A stretch of 62,472 nucleotides of DNA, filler included, from Nemertoderma westbladi (GCA_032718475.1; 4 parts of 4 records of this genome joined end to end with filler, not necessarily neighbours in it); one strand, 5' to 3'; counted from the first letter of the whole stretch, positions 13,256-26,171 are shown. Notes: generated by a model from the letters alone, not told the origin. Program-made: numbers and translations.

Positions 13256-13773
13256 TTTTCAAAATTATATCACAATCAATCAAAGTCACACATTATTTCT
13301 CAGTATCTAAGAATCTCACTACCCAGCGCGTGTACGCTGTCAGTATGTCAGTCGTACCTAAATACAGTAGAATTTATGTCTTTTGGATGGTACAGTAATT
13401 TTAGGAAAAAATAATAATTACTAACAAACAGTAAATAATAATAATTACTTTTTACCAACGGGGTCCAAAATTTTTTCAATTTGTTTTCGTCTGTTCGTGG
13501 GGGGATAGGGTAGGGCCCCGTAAGTTGCGACTGCCGGGGGCCCGAAAATCCATAATCCGTCCAGCAGCCAATAATCCGCCAACAGCTTGAGTCTGGCCAA
13601 CAGCTTGAGTCTGGCCAACCGCTTGAGATGATTAAATATTAATATGAACGGCTTGGAATTATAGATAAAGTACAGAACCCAGTAATATAATCATTTACTA
13701 TTTCTGATGACTGTGGACGGCTACTGTAACTTAAAGCGAATAATCTTTACTTCGTTAGCTTATCTGATTCACT

Positions 13774-15216
13774 ATGGAGGCTATTGCGGTCTGCCATCGA
13801 GTGTTGGTTGTTGGGGCGGGGAAGATGTCCCCTCAGGTAGTTGACTTTTTGTTAAACTCTCTCACAACTCAGATTAAAGTGAGTGTCGTCGACAAATCAC
13901 AAGTCGCCATCAACTCGTTCCCGATAGATCATCCCGATGTGACCCCGCTATGTATAGATGTGTTGGACGTGGAAATCTCAGCTCGAGTTAAAGAAATATT
14001 TACGGCACACGATATCGTCGTCTCGTTGGTTCCGCCTTCGATGCAAGCGGACGTGGTTCGATTGAGCATCATGTCGGGAAGGAATGTTGTGGTCCCGAGT
14101 TACGCGAACGCCGATATAATCATGTTAGACGATGAAGCCGTCAAGGCTGGTGTTACAGTTCTTACTGAGGTCGGTCTGGACCCTGGGATAGACCACTTGT
14201 TGGCTGCGGATTGCATCAATACAGCTCGGGATCAGAACGCATCTATCTTATCGTATGTATCTTTGTGCGGAGGAATACCATCACCGAATTTAGCTAACGA
14301 TAATCCTTTGCGGTACAAGTTCAGTTGGTATCCTTTGGGAGCAATAAACGCCGCCAAACAACCGGTATCTTACCGCATGAACACCAGTTTGGTGTCTCAT
14401 ACCAACGCGTGGAAAGGTTGTCTACACAACGGAGGCTCTTACAAGGATCAAGACTTAGAGGTCTTACCCAACCGCGATTCTATTACGTACGGCAATCTCT
14501 ATAATATCAACCCAGAACGACATTTTCTACGAGGAACTATTCGGTACCAGGGCTTCTCTCAATTCTGTTTAAAACTCTTACAAATTGGCTATCTGAATTC
14601 GAGTTCTTTGAGAGATGCGATAGGCGACACCAGTTGTGAGGATGATAAGTTCATTACTTGGCTCGGAATTACCTCAAAACTGTTAAACTTACCGCTTGGA
14701 AATGAGTTTGAGTCCACCATAAGCGATATACTGGGTGATACCACTGCGAATGATATTAAAAAGCTCGGTCTATTATCTAACGAACGTGTTCAATTGGATT
14801 CCAATCTCCTGCTTAGTTTCATAGATTTACTGATGGATAAACTGAGCTACACGAAAGAAGAAAACGATATGATTATTTTACAACAGGCCGTGGCACTTGG
14901 CTACCTTGATGGCAACGAGGTGTTGGATATACGGCAACTTATTGTTTATGGTGAGGTTGGAGGATGTACAGCGATGGCCAAGTGCGTTGGGATAACGTTA
15001 GGTGTTGCTGTATCCCTGATTCTATCTGGCACTATTGTCTCAGGGAGAGGTGTTATATATCCTTTTACTCAAGACATCTATAAACTTTTACTTGATGGTA
15101 TTATCTCTCATGGTTTGATTCCAAAGAAGCGCCTTGTTACTTTAACTGCACCAAAACAACGGGATATTTTATTTTCATTGTCTTTGTTAGAAGATATAGA
15201 CGGGCAAGATAAATAA
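13774..15216 (+). CDS. AASS: Saccharopine dehydrogenase (SDH domain of AASS only; Lys9-like), intronless, 480 aa
   Basis: Rossmann motif VLVVGAGKMS. Family motifs EVGLDPGIDH, CGGIP, NPLRYKFSW, PNRDS, RGTIRY and AMAKCVG. In-frame TGA at 13765 upstream of the ATG. No LKR domain. Confidence 0.88.
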   Translation: MEAIAVCHRVLVVGAGKMSPQVVDFLLNSLTTQIKVSVVDKSQVAINSFPIDHPDVTPLCIDVLDVEISARVKEIFTAHDIVVSLVPPSMQADVVRLSIMSGRNVVVPSYANADIIMLDDEAVKAGVTVLTEVGLDPGIDHLLAADCINTARDQNASILSYVSLCGGIPSPNLANDNPLRYKFSWYPLGAINAAKQPVSYRMNTSLVSHTNAWKGCLHNGGSYKDQDLEVLPNRDSITYGNLYNINPERHFLRGTIRYQGFSQFCLKLLQIGYLNSSSLRDAIGDTSCEDDKFITWLGITSKLLNLPLGNEFESTISDILGDTTANDIKKLGLLSNERVQLDSNLLLSFIDLLMDKLSYTKEENDMIILQQAVALGYLDGNEVLDIRQLIVYGEVGGCTAMAKCVGITLGVAVSLILSGTIVSGRGVIYPFTQDIYKLLLDGIISHGLIPKKRLVTLTAPKQRDILFSLSLLEDIDGQDK

Positions 15217-15442
15217 ATTTATAAGATATTATTGGGATAATAATAGAAAGAACCTGATATCAACCTGTTATGAAATGTGGTGTTTAGAATTTCAAACAAT
15301 AAAATAAAGTTGTTGGTGGCGCGGCAATCACAGGGTTTATGCATTGGTAAATCATTGGTTAGCAAATAATCTAGCACTTATTTTTCAGTATGACTTACGA
15401 GTTTTTTCATAAAATAATAATCTATACCTATAAAAATCAAAT

Positions 15443-15467
15443 TCTCTCTCTCTCTCTCTCTCTCTCT
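15443..15467 (+). repeat. (CT)n microsatellite
   Basis: Directly visible. Confidence 0.9.
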
Positions 15468-15871
15468 GCTGTAACCGCCGTAACCTGCTCCTTTCCTTAA
15501 ATTGGTAGGTAACAACAGCGTTTATTGATTCCCATCCATACCTTCCCACATTTCCATCCAGCAAACCTAACACCTAAAACAATAAAAAGTTGTGAAATAA
15601 TTGTTGAACTGGATCAAAAGCTAATTAATACATAATGATAATGTATTGTATAATAATTTCAGATTAGATAGTCAGATTCATAATGTAGGTCTACAAAACT
15701 TCTACACGTTGACCTGACTTCCTGACACTTGCTAATACTAAATTTTCACTTCTTGGTGGCCTTTTGCGGTCAAAAAGGGAAAAAAAATGAAAAAAGCTAG
15801 AATATCGTTTATTTGAAAAAGATAGAGAGCTATCGAAAGCTAATAATAAAATTTTTTTTAGTGATTGATCA

Positions 15872-16061
15872 TATAAGTTGTCACCTTTTGAATTCTTAAA
15901 ATATTATTATACTAAAACAACTTGATCTCACACCCATAAGTGGTCACCTTTTGAATTCTTAAAATATTATTATACTAAAACAACTTGATCTCACACCCAT
16001 AAGTGGTCACCTTTTGAATTCTTAAAATATTATTATACTAAAACAACTTGATCTCACACCC
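15872..16061 (+). repeat. Three tandem copies of a 63-bp unit
   Basis: Unit cataagtggtcaccttttgaattcttaaaatattattatactaaaacaacttgatctcacacc recurs with period 63. Confidence 0.9.
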
Positions 16062-16099
16062 TACAGTCATATTCCCTAACTTTCTTTACTTAATTTAAA

Positions 16100-17250
16100 T
16101 TTATATATAGATTTAATTATACATTATGTAAAAACAATAACAAATACACCAAACAATGTACCGGTATAAAGGTATTGTCCAACATAACATATAGGATTAC
16201 CCCTAAAGCTTTGCAGCTTATTTCCAAGGGGGTCCTTTATGTTACTTGGTTACAAATACAATATTAAACTACGCTAACCTAAAACCAATATAAAACGTAA
16301 TTACACTATGTACATGTACAACTTTACCGAGAGCGTGACAATGTCCGACTCAACGATAAAGATGTAATGTACAGAACAATTTATTATAAAACGTAATTAC
16401 AGTATAAATAGTAAATAATTAATAAACTAATAACTTACTGTAGGACTATTGTACCTATTTTTACATTGCACACGGAGATGAGATTTAACTGCAGATTTAA
16501 AAGAATGTTGATTATTTAGGTTTTTAATTTCATTAGGCAGAGCGTTCCAATTTTTTATGCCGTTAAAAAAGAAAGTATCAGATTCAAAGGATTTACAATT
16601 CGGGAGGTAGAAGTTTGAAGCACTAGCTCTGGTACTGTAAGAGTGTGTATCGCGTACTCTGTTGAATTTTTGTTTTAGGTAATTGGGACATTTACCATTA
16701 TACACTTTATGCACATGGTTAAGGCGTAGCTGCTTAACTCTACTATCTAAGTTAAGTAGTCCAGATTCAGAAAAGTCATCTGGAGTTAGGTGGTGCCTAG
16801 GTTTGTAGTCTTTAATAAATCGTACTACTTTATTCTGAGCTACTTGTAATTTACATTTAAGCTGTTTGGTTAAGCCTTCATACCAAGAAGAGCACGCATA
16901 GTCCATGTGACACTGTATTAAAGAAGAGCAAAGTAACTTGCGGGAGTCGGTGTTTAAACTATTTTTATTTCTGTATAGAAACCTAAGCCTACTGTTAACT
17001 TTCGAGAAAATATTTTTCACTATGCTTTCTCCTGATAAGCAGTTATCCAATGTGGCGCCTAAATATTTAACTTCCTTTTTATTTTCAATCTTATGTCCAT
17101 TACTAGTGACTTCAAACTTAGTTACCTTCTTTAACTTTCTTTTGGAACCAAACAAAATACTTTCAGTCTTACCGTAGTGAATGGATAGCTTATTATCAAC
17201 CAACCACTCATTACAGGATTCTAGAACTGCACTTAACTTTTGGGAAATAA
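16100..17250 (-). mobile_element. 5'-truncated CR1/L2-group (Crack-like) LINE: RT C-terminus and 3' UTR
   Basis: ORF 16427-17329 has WLVDNKLSIHYGKTESILFG, VKYLGATLD, HMDYACSSW and GIKNWNALP. The 3' UTR motif ggacccccttggaaataag is present. Boundaries are approximate. Confidence 0.85.
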
Positions 17251-18093
17251 TATGATATGATATATATATATATATTAAAATCCGGGATGGCCCCGGTGCT
17301 ATAATAACGCAATAATTTTTATTGTCCATTTTTATCCTTTTTTTGTCAATTTTTGATTTTTTATGTCATCCAAAAGTCTAATGTTAGGTTCCATGCTACC
17401 GGTTTCTCTACTGCTGTTCTCTCAGGCTATCAGTACCGGTTAGTATATATATAGCACTATTTTGCTGTATTGTATGTACAGATGTAGGTATAAAGCAGGT
17501 ATTTCTGTATTTTAGTACCGGTACCGGCACTGGTACTGTTATAGGCCTACTGTGTAGCCTACCATTTAAATACGGTAATGGTAGGCCTACCGGTTGTGCT
17601 AATAAATTTTAAATATTTGATAGGCGAAACTGGATTGCAGGATTGTGGAAAATGTGGATATACCTTTCACATAATTTAGGCCTTACTGTATTAGTTTTAT
17701 AATCAATAATGGATCATGACTACTGTCTGAGTAGTGTTACGGATAGCGGCTCCACTACTTCCAACAGCACAGAAGGCCCGCCTCTGTAACCTGCCCCTTT
17801 CCCTCAATTAGTTAAATGATCGTTTATTGTTTTGGTTAGAAAATCCCGTCTATGTAACCTGCTCCTTTCCCTCAATTAGTTAAATGATCGTTTATTGTTT
17901 TGGTTAGAAAATCCCGTCTCTGTAACCTGCTCCTTTCCCTGATTTGGTAAAGTGACTGTTTATTGTTTTGGTTAGAAAATCCCGCCTCTGTAACCTGCTC
18001 CTTTCCCTCAATTAGTTTAAGTGATCGTTTATTGTTTTGGTTAGGAAATCCCGCCTCTGTAACCTGCTCCTTTCCCTCAATTGGTAATGTTAT

Positions 18094-21000
18094 GTCACGT
18101 ACAGTGAAATGCGTACGGGAATAGGGTCTCCGTCCCCCATCTCGAGTAGTGCAAAGCTACCACAATCACTCCAGGGGTCAAAAAGGGCTGGGTCTGGGGT
18201 CATATCGGCAGTAATCAGTTTATTACAATCACTGGATTTGTAAATTACCAATATGTAACTTACCATATGTAATGCAATGCTAATGCAATGCTATGTTAGT
18301 AAATATCCAGTATACGGTTATTCCGAATTATGAAAGATGTGGCATTATATATCAAGATAATGACTTATTTTTATAGCGCTATAATTACTTTTATTTCACT
18401 GAGTTTTAATATATTTAAATCGTTGGACCTACCCTATAATAAAGCTCTGCACATTTTTAAACTAGATGATGTACCAATGGTTATAATAATTAATACCATT
18501 AATTTATATTTTTATTGCACCATGATGTATATACCACTGTTATTGCGGTATTCATTCCATACAGTTATACTGCTGATGGAATCTTTTAACGTAATAACCA
18601 TTACATTTTCTTTCTGGTATTTTTATTATATATCCGATTTGGTATCAAATATTTCACAGCAGGGGGGCGTTAACATCATATTGCCTGGCCACATTACTTC
18701 TTACCTGTGTATATTATTAATTAATATTTGTAGCTTCGGTTACATGGTGCGGTATTCGGTTCGGAAAACAGCACGCAAATCAACAGTTCTCGTACATAAA
18801 ACGGGGACAATATTTTATCGATCATTATATAAATATATATACTGGTGCTGTCATAAATATAATAATATTAATCCACAAAATATATTACTTATAGCATGTT
18901 ACCTATTTATCGCTTTATTAATTTCTCCCATATTAATTACGTCAATTACAACTAACTTCTCCGCACTACATAACTATTCACTAGCTCTATATATATTCAT
19001 TTTACTGTTAGGACATATTATTATGCTTGCCCCTATTACTATAGGACTAGTTAAATACTGTAGAAAACATTTAAATCTAAACCTGTATGTACTAATCCTA
19101 GTATTTCTCAGTTCTACTACATGGTGGCAACCTGGCGGCGTACATCTAAAATTTTACAAACACACACATGAACACTCCTCTACAAAAAATGCATCAGACT
19201 ATTTATCCAACACGAACTATAAAAAGATTAATAATAATTGCGTTTTTGTATTTAATACAATTGCCTTGTTCTACACTCTAATAATTAACATACACATAAT
19301 GCACTGCCTAACTATATTACTTATAATTGAACTATGTGGTGACATACAATTACACCCAGGACCCATTACAAGAATTAAAAAATTAAAAACTAATATTACA
19401 AAAATTAAAAACATTAAGGTAAAAAGTAATAATTTGAGTATCAGAGAATACCTATTAAATAATCCAAATCGGTTAAAATACATGATCCTTAACTCTCGCA
19501 GTCTCGTTAAAAACTATGATGAATTAAAAGACATATTATCGGGCATTACAACCAATTTAATAGTGGGGATTACTGAGACTTGGTTAAAAAGGAAGCACTC
19601 AAATCGGTCCGTAAATTTACAGGGCTATACTCTTTATCGACAAGATAGGAAACGAAAAAAGGGTGGAGGAGTATTACTTTATGTTCCCGATAATATGACT
19701 CTTAAACCACGTCCAGATCTATTAAATAATAACAAAGTCCGCTATGAATCTGCATGGGTAGAAGTAGATAGCAAATACTTAGTTAACATTGTCTACAACC
19801 CACCCACCTCTCCAAACTCAAAGGATTTTATACTGGATTATAGCGAAGAACTGGAAAACGCACTTCATAACCCAAAGACTGAAATATTAATAGGGGGTGA
19901 CTTCAATATTGACATTCTAAACACCAATGACAAATACACAACAGAATTTAAGGATCTCACCAACAAATATAACCTAGTAATATTAAATAAAACAGACCCA
20001 ACACGCTATGGAACAACCAAGAATTCACTACTAGACCTTATTATAACAACTAAAAGTAATGAAACAAATATTAATGATACTACAATACTTTACTGTAACT
20101 TCTCTGACCATGAAGCTGTAATTGCAAATATAGACTACAACACTCGTGAAAAAACAAACGAAAAGAAAAGACACACATATAGGGACTTCAAAGGATTTTC
20201 TAATACTAATTTTATCAAAGATATTGCAAAAATTGAGTGGACACCAATATATAATAGCGCAGATGTGAACTTTAACCTTAACTATGTAGAGAGGCAAATT
20301 GAGTTAACACTTGATAAGCATGCCCCTTTTAAAACAATATTAATTAATGAAAATAAAAAACCCAGCCATAATCCAGCATGGTGGACTAATGAACTCAACG
20401 AGCTTACTAAAGACAAACTGGAAAAACTTCATATATGGCGAGCAACAAAATTAGAAACAGATTTAAAAAATTTTAAAATGGCGAGAAATAAATCTAACCA
20501 CTTGAACAGCTCCCTAAAAAATAAATACATGAAAAATAAATTCCAGAACAATAACAACGCGAAGTCAAGATGGAACATAATAAATGCTATCATTAATAAA
20601 CACAAAAATTCTGGCTACGTACAACGCATTCGCGATGGCAATGGTATAATCCAATCTACTAGTAAAGTAATCGCTAATATATTTAATAAGGTATATTTAA
20701 AATTAGGTACTACGGCTGGAATCAGACATGACAAAGGACTATTACAAAAGGCAAACTCTAAGACAACAAAAACTAATGATAATACAATAAACATAACCCA
20801 AAATAAAAACACAAACCCAACACCATTCACATTTTCAAATATCACACAGTTAGATATGCTGGATGTACTTGATAAACTAAATACAAATAAACCAAATGGA
20901 CCATCTACTATTCCACCTAAAATAATAAAATTAATTAGACTCCAACTTGTTTCTCCGTTAACTCATATAATTAACCAATGTCTTACAATGTCAGAATTTC

Positions 21001-22674
21001 CAGAAAACCTAAAATTAACTGAAATAACACCAGTCTTTAAAAAAGGTGATGTTCTTGACCCAGAAAACTATCGCCCGATATCTGTAACGTCTACAATAGA
21101 AAAAATATTCGAAAAAATAATACTTATTCAACTAATGTCATTTATAAACTCTAATAAGCTAATAAATAAAAAACAGTTTGGTTTTAGGAAAGGATTCTCA
21201 ACCTCTGATGCAATAGTATATACAACTGAAACATGGAAAGCACAATTAGATAACAATAAATATGTAGCAGTAGCAGCACTAGATTTAGCCAAAGCCTTCA
21301 ATTCATTAGACCATGTCACACTACTAAATAAATTAGCAACATTAGGATTAGATAATACTGCAATAACTCTAATTAAAAACTTTCTAAAAGACAGACCACA
21401 AAGGGTAAAATTAAACGGGACCACATCAGACTGGGAAATTCTAAATAGGGGCATTCCGCAGGGGACACAGCTCGGGCCTATATTATTTCTGTTATACGTT
21501 AATGACATCAAGACTTTTCACAACCTAGACTTAGTTCAATACGCAGACGATACACTAATATTTTACTCACATACAGACGCTAAAATTGCTACAGAAACAC
21601 TGGCACACCAAATAGATGATCTAGAAAATATATTCTCTAAAATGCACCTTTATTTGAATACAAAAAAGACAGAATTCATGCTAATTTCACCAAAAACGCG
21701 CACATCGGAAACTAACAGAATACATTTAAATACTAGTAAAGGTGAATTAGAACAATCGTCTACAATAAAATATCTAGGTGTCTTGATCGACAATAAACTG
21801 GATTGGAAAGAACAAATTACATCAACTTCAAACAAAATGAGTTATGCAATTTCTTGTCTACGTAGGATTAAAGGCCAACTTACAGTTAAAACAAAACTCA
21901 ATATATTTAAAGCAACTGTTCTACCTTATCACAACTACTGTAGCAATTTACTATTACCATTACATAATAAACACGGTTACAAGGAATTACTATACGGTCT
22001 TGAAAAGCAGCAAAATTACGGATTACGAGTTGTCTTCAGTAAACGAATAAGATATATGATGGGCACCCAATTAGTACACTAGCTAAGCTACCTAATCTAT
22101 ACTCACTACGACAATATACAGGGCTTAATTTATTCTACCGATACCTTAACAACCTAACCTTGCCTTTTGCTACACTACAATTACCATTCCTTCTAAATAA
22201 GAAATATAATGAAAAAATACAAAATAATCGAACGGGAAATATAAAATTACCAAAAACAAATAATAATTATGGCCACTCCAGTATCATGATAGCATTAATT
22301 AAAACTTGGAACCAACTTGAAACAATTACAAAGCAACTTACAGAATATAAACATTATAAGAAAATCATTCAAATAAAATTTTTAACCCACTACAATCGAT
22401 ATGAGGAAATTAATTAAATCAACATGATCTGGAGTGGCTCATGCGAGAACTGTTGATTCTGTGTCCCTGTCCGAGTCGTACAGTAGTTATTTCCCGGTCT
22501 ACTGTAGTATTGTGTACTGTAGTTCGGCGGGCCTGACCCTGCTGTGGAACTTTGACACGTATTTCCTATATTATCAGCTGAAGTACTTCAATGTGCGGTG
22601 CTGCCTCATGTATTTCACCTATATATGAGTACCGGAAATATACGAAGTTTTATTATTATTATTATATTATTATA
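18094..22674 (+). mobile_element. Apparently full-length single-ORF CR1/L2-group LINE
   Basis: Interrupts a 68-bp unit, with a 5-bp TSD GTTAT (18089-18093 and 22675-22679). (TAT)n-like tail. 3' UTR stem-loop near 22597-22633. Confidence 0.9.
18330..22417 (+). CDS. LINE polyprotein: hydrophobic N-terminal extension, 2A-like motif, APE endonuclease and reverse transcriptase; one frameshift near 22055
   Basis: GDIQLHPGP at 19338-19364. APE motifs NSRSL, ITETWL, GGGV, GGDFN, LLDLI and SDH. RT motifs NYRPIS, QFGFR, DLAKAFN, GIPQGTQLGP and YADDT. An extra AT in gatatatgat ends the ORF at 22082; removing it restores the frame into ORF 22160-22417. Confidence 0.9.
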
Positions 22675-23448
22675 GTTATCGTTTATTGTTTTGGTTAGAA
22701 TATCCCGCCTCTGTAACCTGCTCCTTTCCCTCAATTGGTAATGTTATCGTTTATTGTTTTGGTTAGAAAATCCCGCCTCTGTAACCTGCTCCTTTCTCTC
22801 AATTGGTAATGTTATCGTTTATTGTTTTGGTTAGAAAATCCCGTCTCTGTAACCTGCTCCTTTCCCTGATTTGGTAAAGTGACTGTTTGTTGTTTTGGTT
22901 AGAAAACTCGGCCTTAACCTGCTCCTTTCCATCAATTGGTAATTGTTTTTGGCTATTAAATGAGTGTTTTGTTACGTCATGTGGTAATCGATTATCGACA
23001 ACAACCACAAACTATTAAATATAGAGTCTTTTTACCACAGGCGCATATGGAAATCTATCTCATAGTCTATAAATCATGGAATCATGGAATGTTTTGGCAC
23101 AGGCATAGTGAAATCAACTGTCTGACAGTCCAGAAATCAGCAGTCTGATAGTTTGAAGAAATACATACATAAAAAGTGACAATAAAAGTCATTAAATGGA
23201 CAACAAAAGTCATTATGCATAATTCGTAAAAAAAAAAAGTGACAAAAAAAGTCAAATAAATTGACATAAAAAATCACTGCCCTATAATAATGTCAATTCA
23301 ATATCATATTATCAATAGCAAGGCAGAGTAGAAGGCCAGCAGTCTATCTAAAGATATCGGCATTTCCTATTGTAACCTGCCATCATTCGTCATCATCGCC
23401 CCAGTGGAATATAATAAGATCAGTTCGCTTCTCGGGAGATTCTCGAGT

Positions 23449-24364
23449 GGGAGACTACTGAGAAGATAGCACGTTCGTGGGGCCTTTGGGAGACTGCTGA
23501 CGATAGCAGATAACACGTTCGGGGGGCCTTCGGATGACTACTGACGATAGCAGATAACACGTTCGGGGGGCCTTCGGATGACTACTGACGATAGCAGATA
23601 ACACGTTCGTGGGGCCTTCGGGAGACTACTGGCGATAGAAGATAACACGTTCACGGGGCCTTTGGGAGACTACTGATGATAGCAGATGACACATTCATGG
23701 GGCCTTCGGGAGACTACTGAGGATAGCAGATAACAAGTTCGTGGGGCCTTCGGGAGACTACTGACGATAGCAGATAACACATTCACGGGGCCTTCGGGAG
23801 ACTACTGGCGATAGCAGATAACATGTTCGTGGGGCCTTCGGGAGACTACTGGCGATAGAAGATAACACGTTCACGGGGCCTTTGGGAGACTACTGACAAT
23901 AGCAGATAACACGTTGGTGGAGCCTTCGGGAGACTACTGAGGATAGCAGATAACACGTTCGTGGGGCCTTCGGGAGACTACTGGCGATAGAAGATAACAC
24001 GTTCACGGGGCCTTTGGGAGACTACTGACAATAGCAGATAACACGTTGGTGGAGCCTTCGGGAGACTACTGAGGATAGCAGATAACAAGTTCGTGGGGCC
24101 TTCGGGAGACTACTGACGATAGCAGATAACACGTTCACGAGGCCTTTGGGAGACTACTGGCGATAGCAGATAAAATGTTCGTGGCGCCTTCGGGAGACTA
24201 CTGACGATAGCAGATAACATGTTCATGGGGCCTTCGGGAGACTACTGGCGATAGCAGATAACAATTTGTGTGGCCTTTGGGAGACTACTGATGATAGCAG
24301 TTAACACGTTCGTGGGGCCTTTGGGAGACTACTGACGATAGCAGATAACCGTTTGTGGGGCCAA
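23449..24364 (+). repeat. 44-bp minisatellite, left block
   Basis: Unit gggagactactgacgatagcagataacacgttcgtggggccttc, about 20 copies. Confidence 0.95.
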
Positions 24365-24552
24365 TGTGGTATGATATCATTTATTGGTATTGGTGGAGGG
24401 ACATTATTTACATTATTAATAGTAGTCAATTACATTAGGATGCCGTACAGCTGATAGTGCTATTATATGTGTTCACTTGTGTATGTATATAGGACAGGGA
24501 TGGGACAGATAATATATAGTATCTTGAATATCAAATAAATACTTTGTAAACA
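24365..24552 (+). repeat. 5' LTR of the Gypsy element
   Basis: TGTGGTATG...GTAAACA, a direct repeat of 29448-29633 with few differences. AATAAA near its end. Confidence 0.9.
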
Positions 24553-24671
24553 TAATATGGCGCAGTGTGCTTTCTCATAAATAATCAACATTGTTATATT
24601 ACATTTGCAATTAAGAAACTGTACTGTTTAGTGTAATTAGTTGCAATAAATATAAATTATAAACGAATTAA

Positions 24672-26171
24672 ATGGCGTCGAAGTTAGATATTCAAAGCTT
24701 GAAAGCTTCCCGGCGTGGATACAAAGCGTCTGTGACAAGGGCGTGTAACGCGGGTCTGGATACTATTAGGAAATACGAAGCGTTGGCATCAGATGAACGC
24801 TTATTTCCCACGTCAATATCAACACGCATCATCGACTGGACGAAGAAGTTAGAACGGTTTCGGGAATCGGATACAGGTATAGTGTGTCACCCTGAATATA
24901 AACCCGATGATGGTGATAAAGATATCGAGGATATGGAAGAACGTCTTCTTGAAGCCCAGGAAAAGTTGGCTGAGTTCGAAGCTACAGCAAAGGGTCGTGA
25001 GGAACGTGAAATCGCCATAGCTGCCGCAGCTGCTGCAGCTCCACGTGGCTTAGCCCCAGTTACTGCTGGGAGGAGAGCCGACACGGATTTACCTAAGATT
25101 ACCGCCCGGCGGCCTCCAACTCTGGAAAGTGACACTGACTTCCGACGCTTCCAAAAATGGAGCGCCCTCTGGCGTAATTATTCAAGCTTATTAGATCTCA
25201 ATTCGCGTTCACATGAAATACGTATTGCAGCGTTTTGGGATTGCTGTTCACCCGGTTTTATAACAATAATTAACCGCACTCTGGCTATTCCAGCCGATAC
25301 AGAGCTCGATATTAACGAAATACACGATCGGATACGTGATCACCTGCGTTCACTGCGTAATGCCAATTTAGATTGGCGAGCGTTATTGTCAGTACGTCAG
25401 AAAGACGGGCAGAACTATACATCGATTTGCAATGAAATCCATGAACTTGGCGAGTATGCTAATACCAGTGCGGTGACTAGAGATCGGCTACATCCCGCAT
25501 TGCTTATTCTAGCAATGGCGAATGAAGATGACAAAGAAAAATTGATTGCCAAAGACCCTCCTCTCTCTTTCATCGAATCACGTAAGTTTATTTTATCATT
25601 AGAGTCAGCTCGTAAAGCAACTAAATCTTTATGCCAGTCTTCTTCTTACCCTATAGATGACAAATTGGTTAATGCAGGTAGAACAGACTACAGTAAACGT
25701 AAAAATAAATTTAAAGTGGTTGAGCCAGATAAGTCATATAATAAACCAGCGCATAACAACACATCAGTTAAAAATAAGACTGTTGATAGCAACAACCAAA
25801 GGTGTAGTCGATGTGGGCAACGATCACATCCAGCAAATAAATGTCTAGCAAGCAATGCTAGATGTGTTTCATGTTCTGGCACTGGTCATTTTTCAACTAT
25901 GTGCCCATCTAGATTCGCTTCTATGGCAATGTTAGCTGATGAGATCGAAAATGATGATGATAGTTGTGATGACATTTATGAAGTTGAGAATTCTGATTTA
26001 TGTGTCAATGTTCTTCAAAAGTATCATATACTAAATAACGAATGTGATAAACAAATATTGTTTCGAGCTATTAGAAAGGCATCACAACCACTCCTTGTGG
26101 TAAAAGTTACACCAGATGACTCCACAATAAATTTTACCCCAGACATAGCTGTCCTGCCAGAGCAACTGTAA
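24672..26171 (+). CDS. Gypsy (Mag-type) gag with two zinc knuckles, running into a broken protease
   Basis: Knuckles CSRCGQRSHPANKC and CVSCSGTGHFSTMC. The ORF ends at VLP, where DTGA is expected. Confidence 0.85.
   Translation: MASKLDIQSLKASRRGYKASVTRACNAGLDTIRKYEALASDERLFPTSISTRIIDWTKKLERFRESDTGIVCHPEYKPDDGDKDIEDMEERLLEAQEKLAEFEATAKGREEREIAIAAAAAAAPRGLAPVTAGRRADTDLPKITARRPPTLESDTDFRRFQKWSALWRNYSSLLDLNSRSHEIRIAAFWDCCSPGFITIINRTLAIPADTELDINEIHDRIRDHLRSLRNANLDWRALLSVRQKDGQNYTSICNEIHELGEYANTSAVTRDRLHPALLILAMANEDDKEKLIAKDPPLSFIESRKFILSLESARKATKSLCQSSSYPIDDKLVNAGRTDYSKRKNKFKVVEPDKSYNKPAHNNTSVKNKTVDSNNQRCSRCGQRSHPANKCLASNARCVSCSGTGHFSTMCPSRFASMAMLADEIENDDDSCDDIYEVENSDLCVNVLQKYHILNNECDKQILFRAIRKASQPLLVVKVTPDDSTINFTPDIAVLPEQL

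Larger units (their letters stand above)
17306..23281. mobile_element. Copy 2 of the 68-bp-array TIR element, left end lost, interrupted by a LINE
   Basis: 17306-17600 matches 11948-12240. 68-bp units lie at 17775-18093 and 22675-22945. 22945-23281 matches 12850-13255, including the TIR ACATAAAAAATCACTGCC. Confidence 0.8.

Noticed and set aside
18094-18329. HDV-like ribozyme in the LINE 5' UTR
   Set aside because: The region is GC-richer with a small cgtac/gtacg hairpin, but I could not find the P1/P2 pairings. A covariance-model search would be needed.
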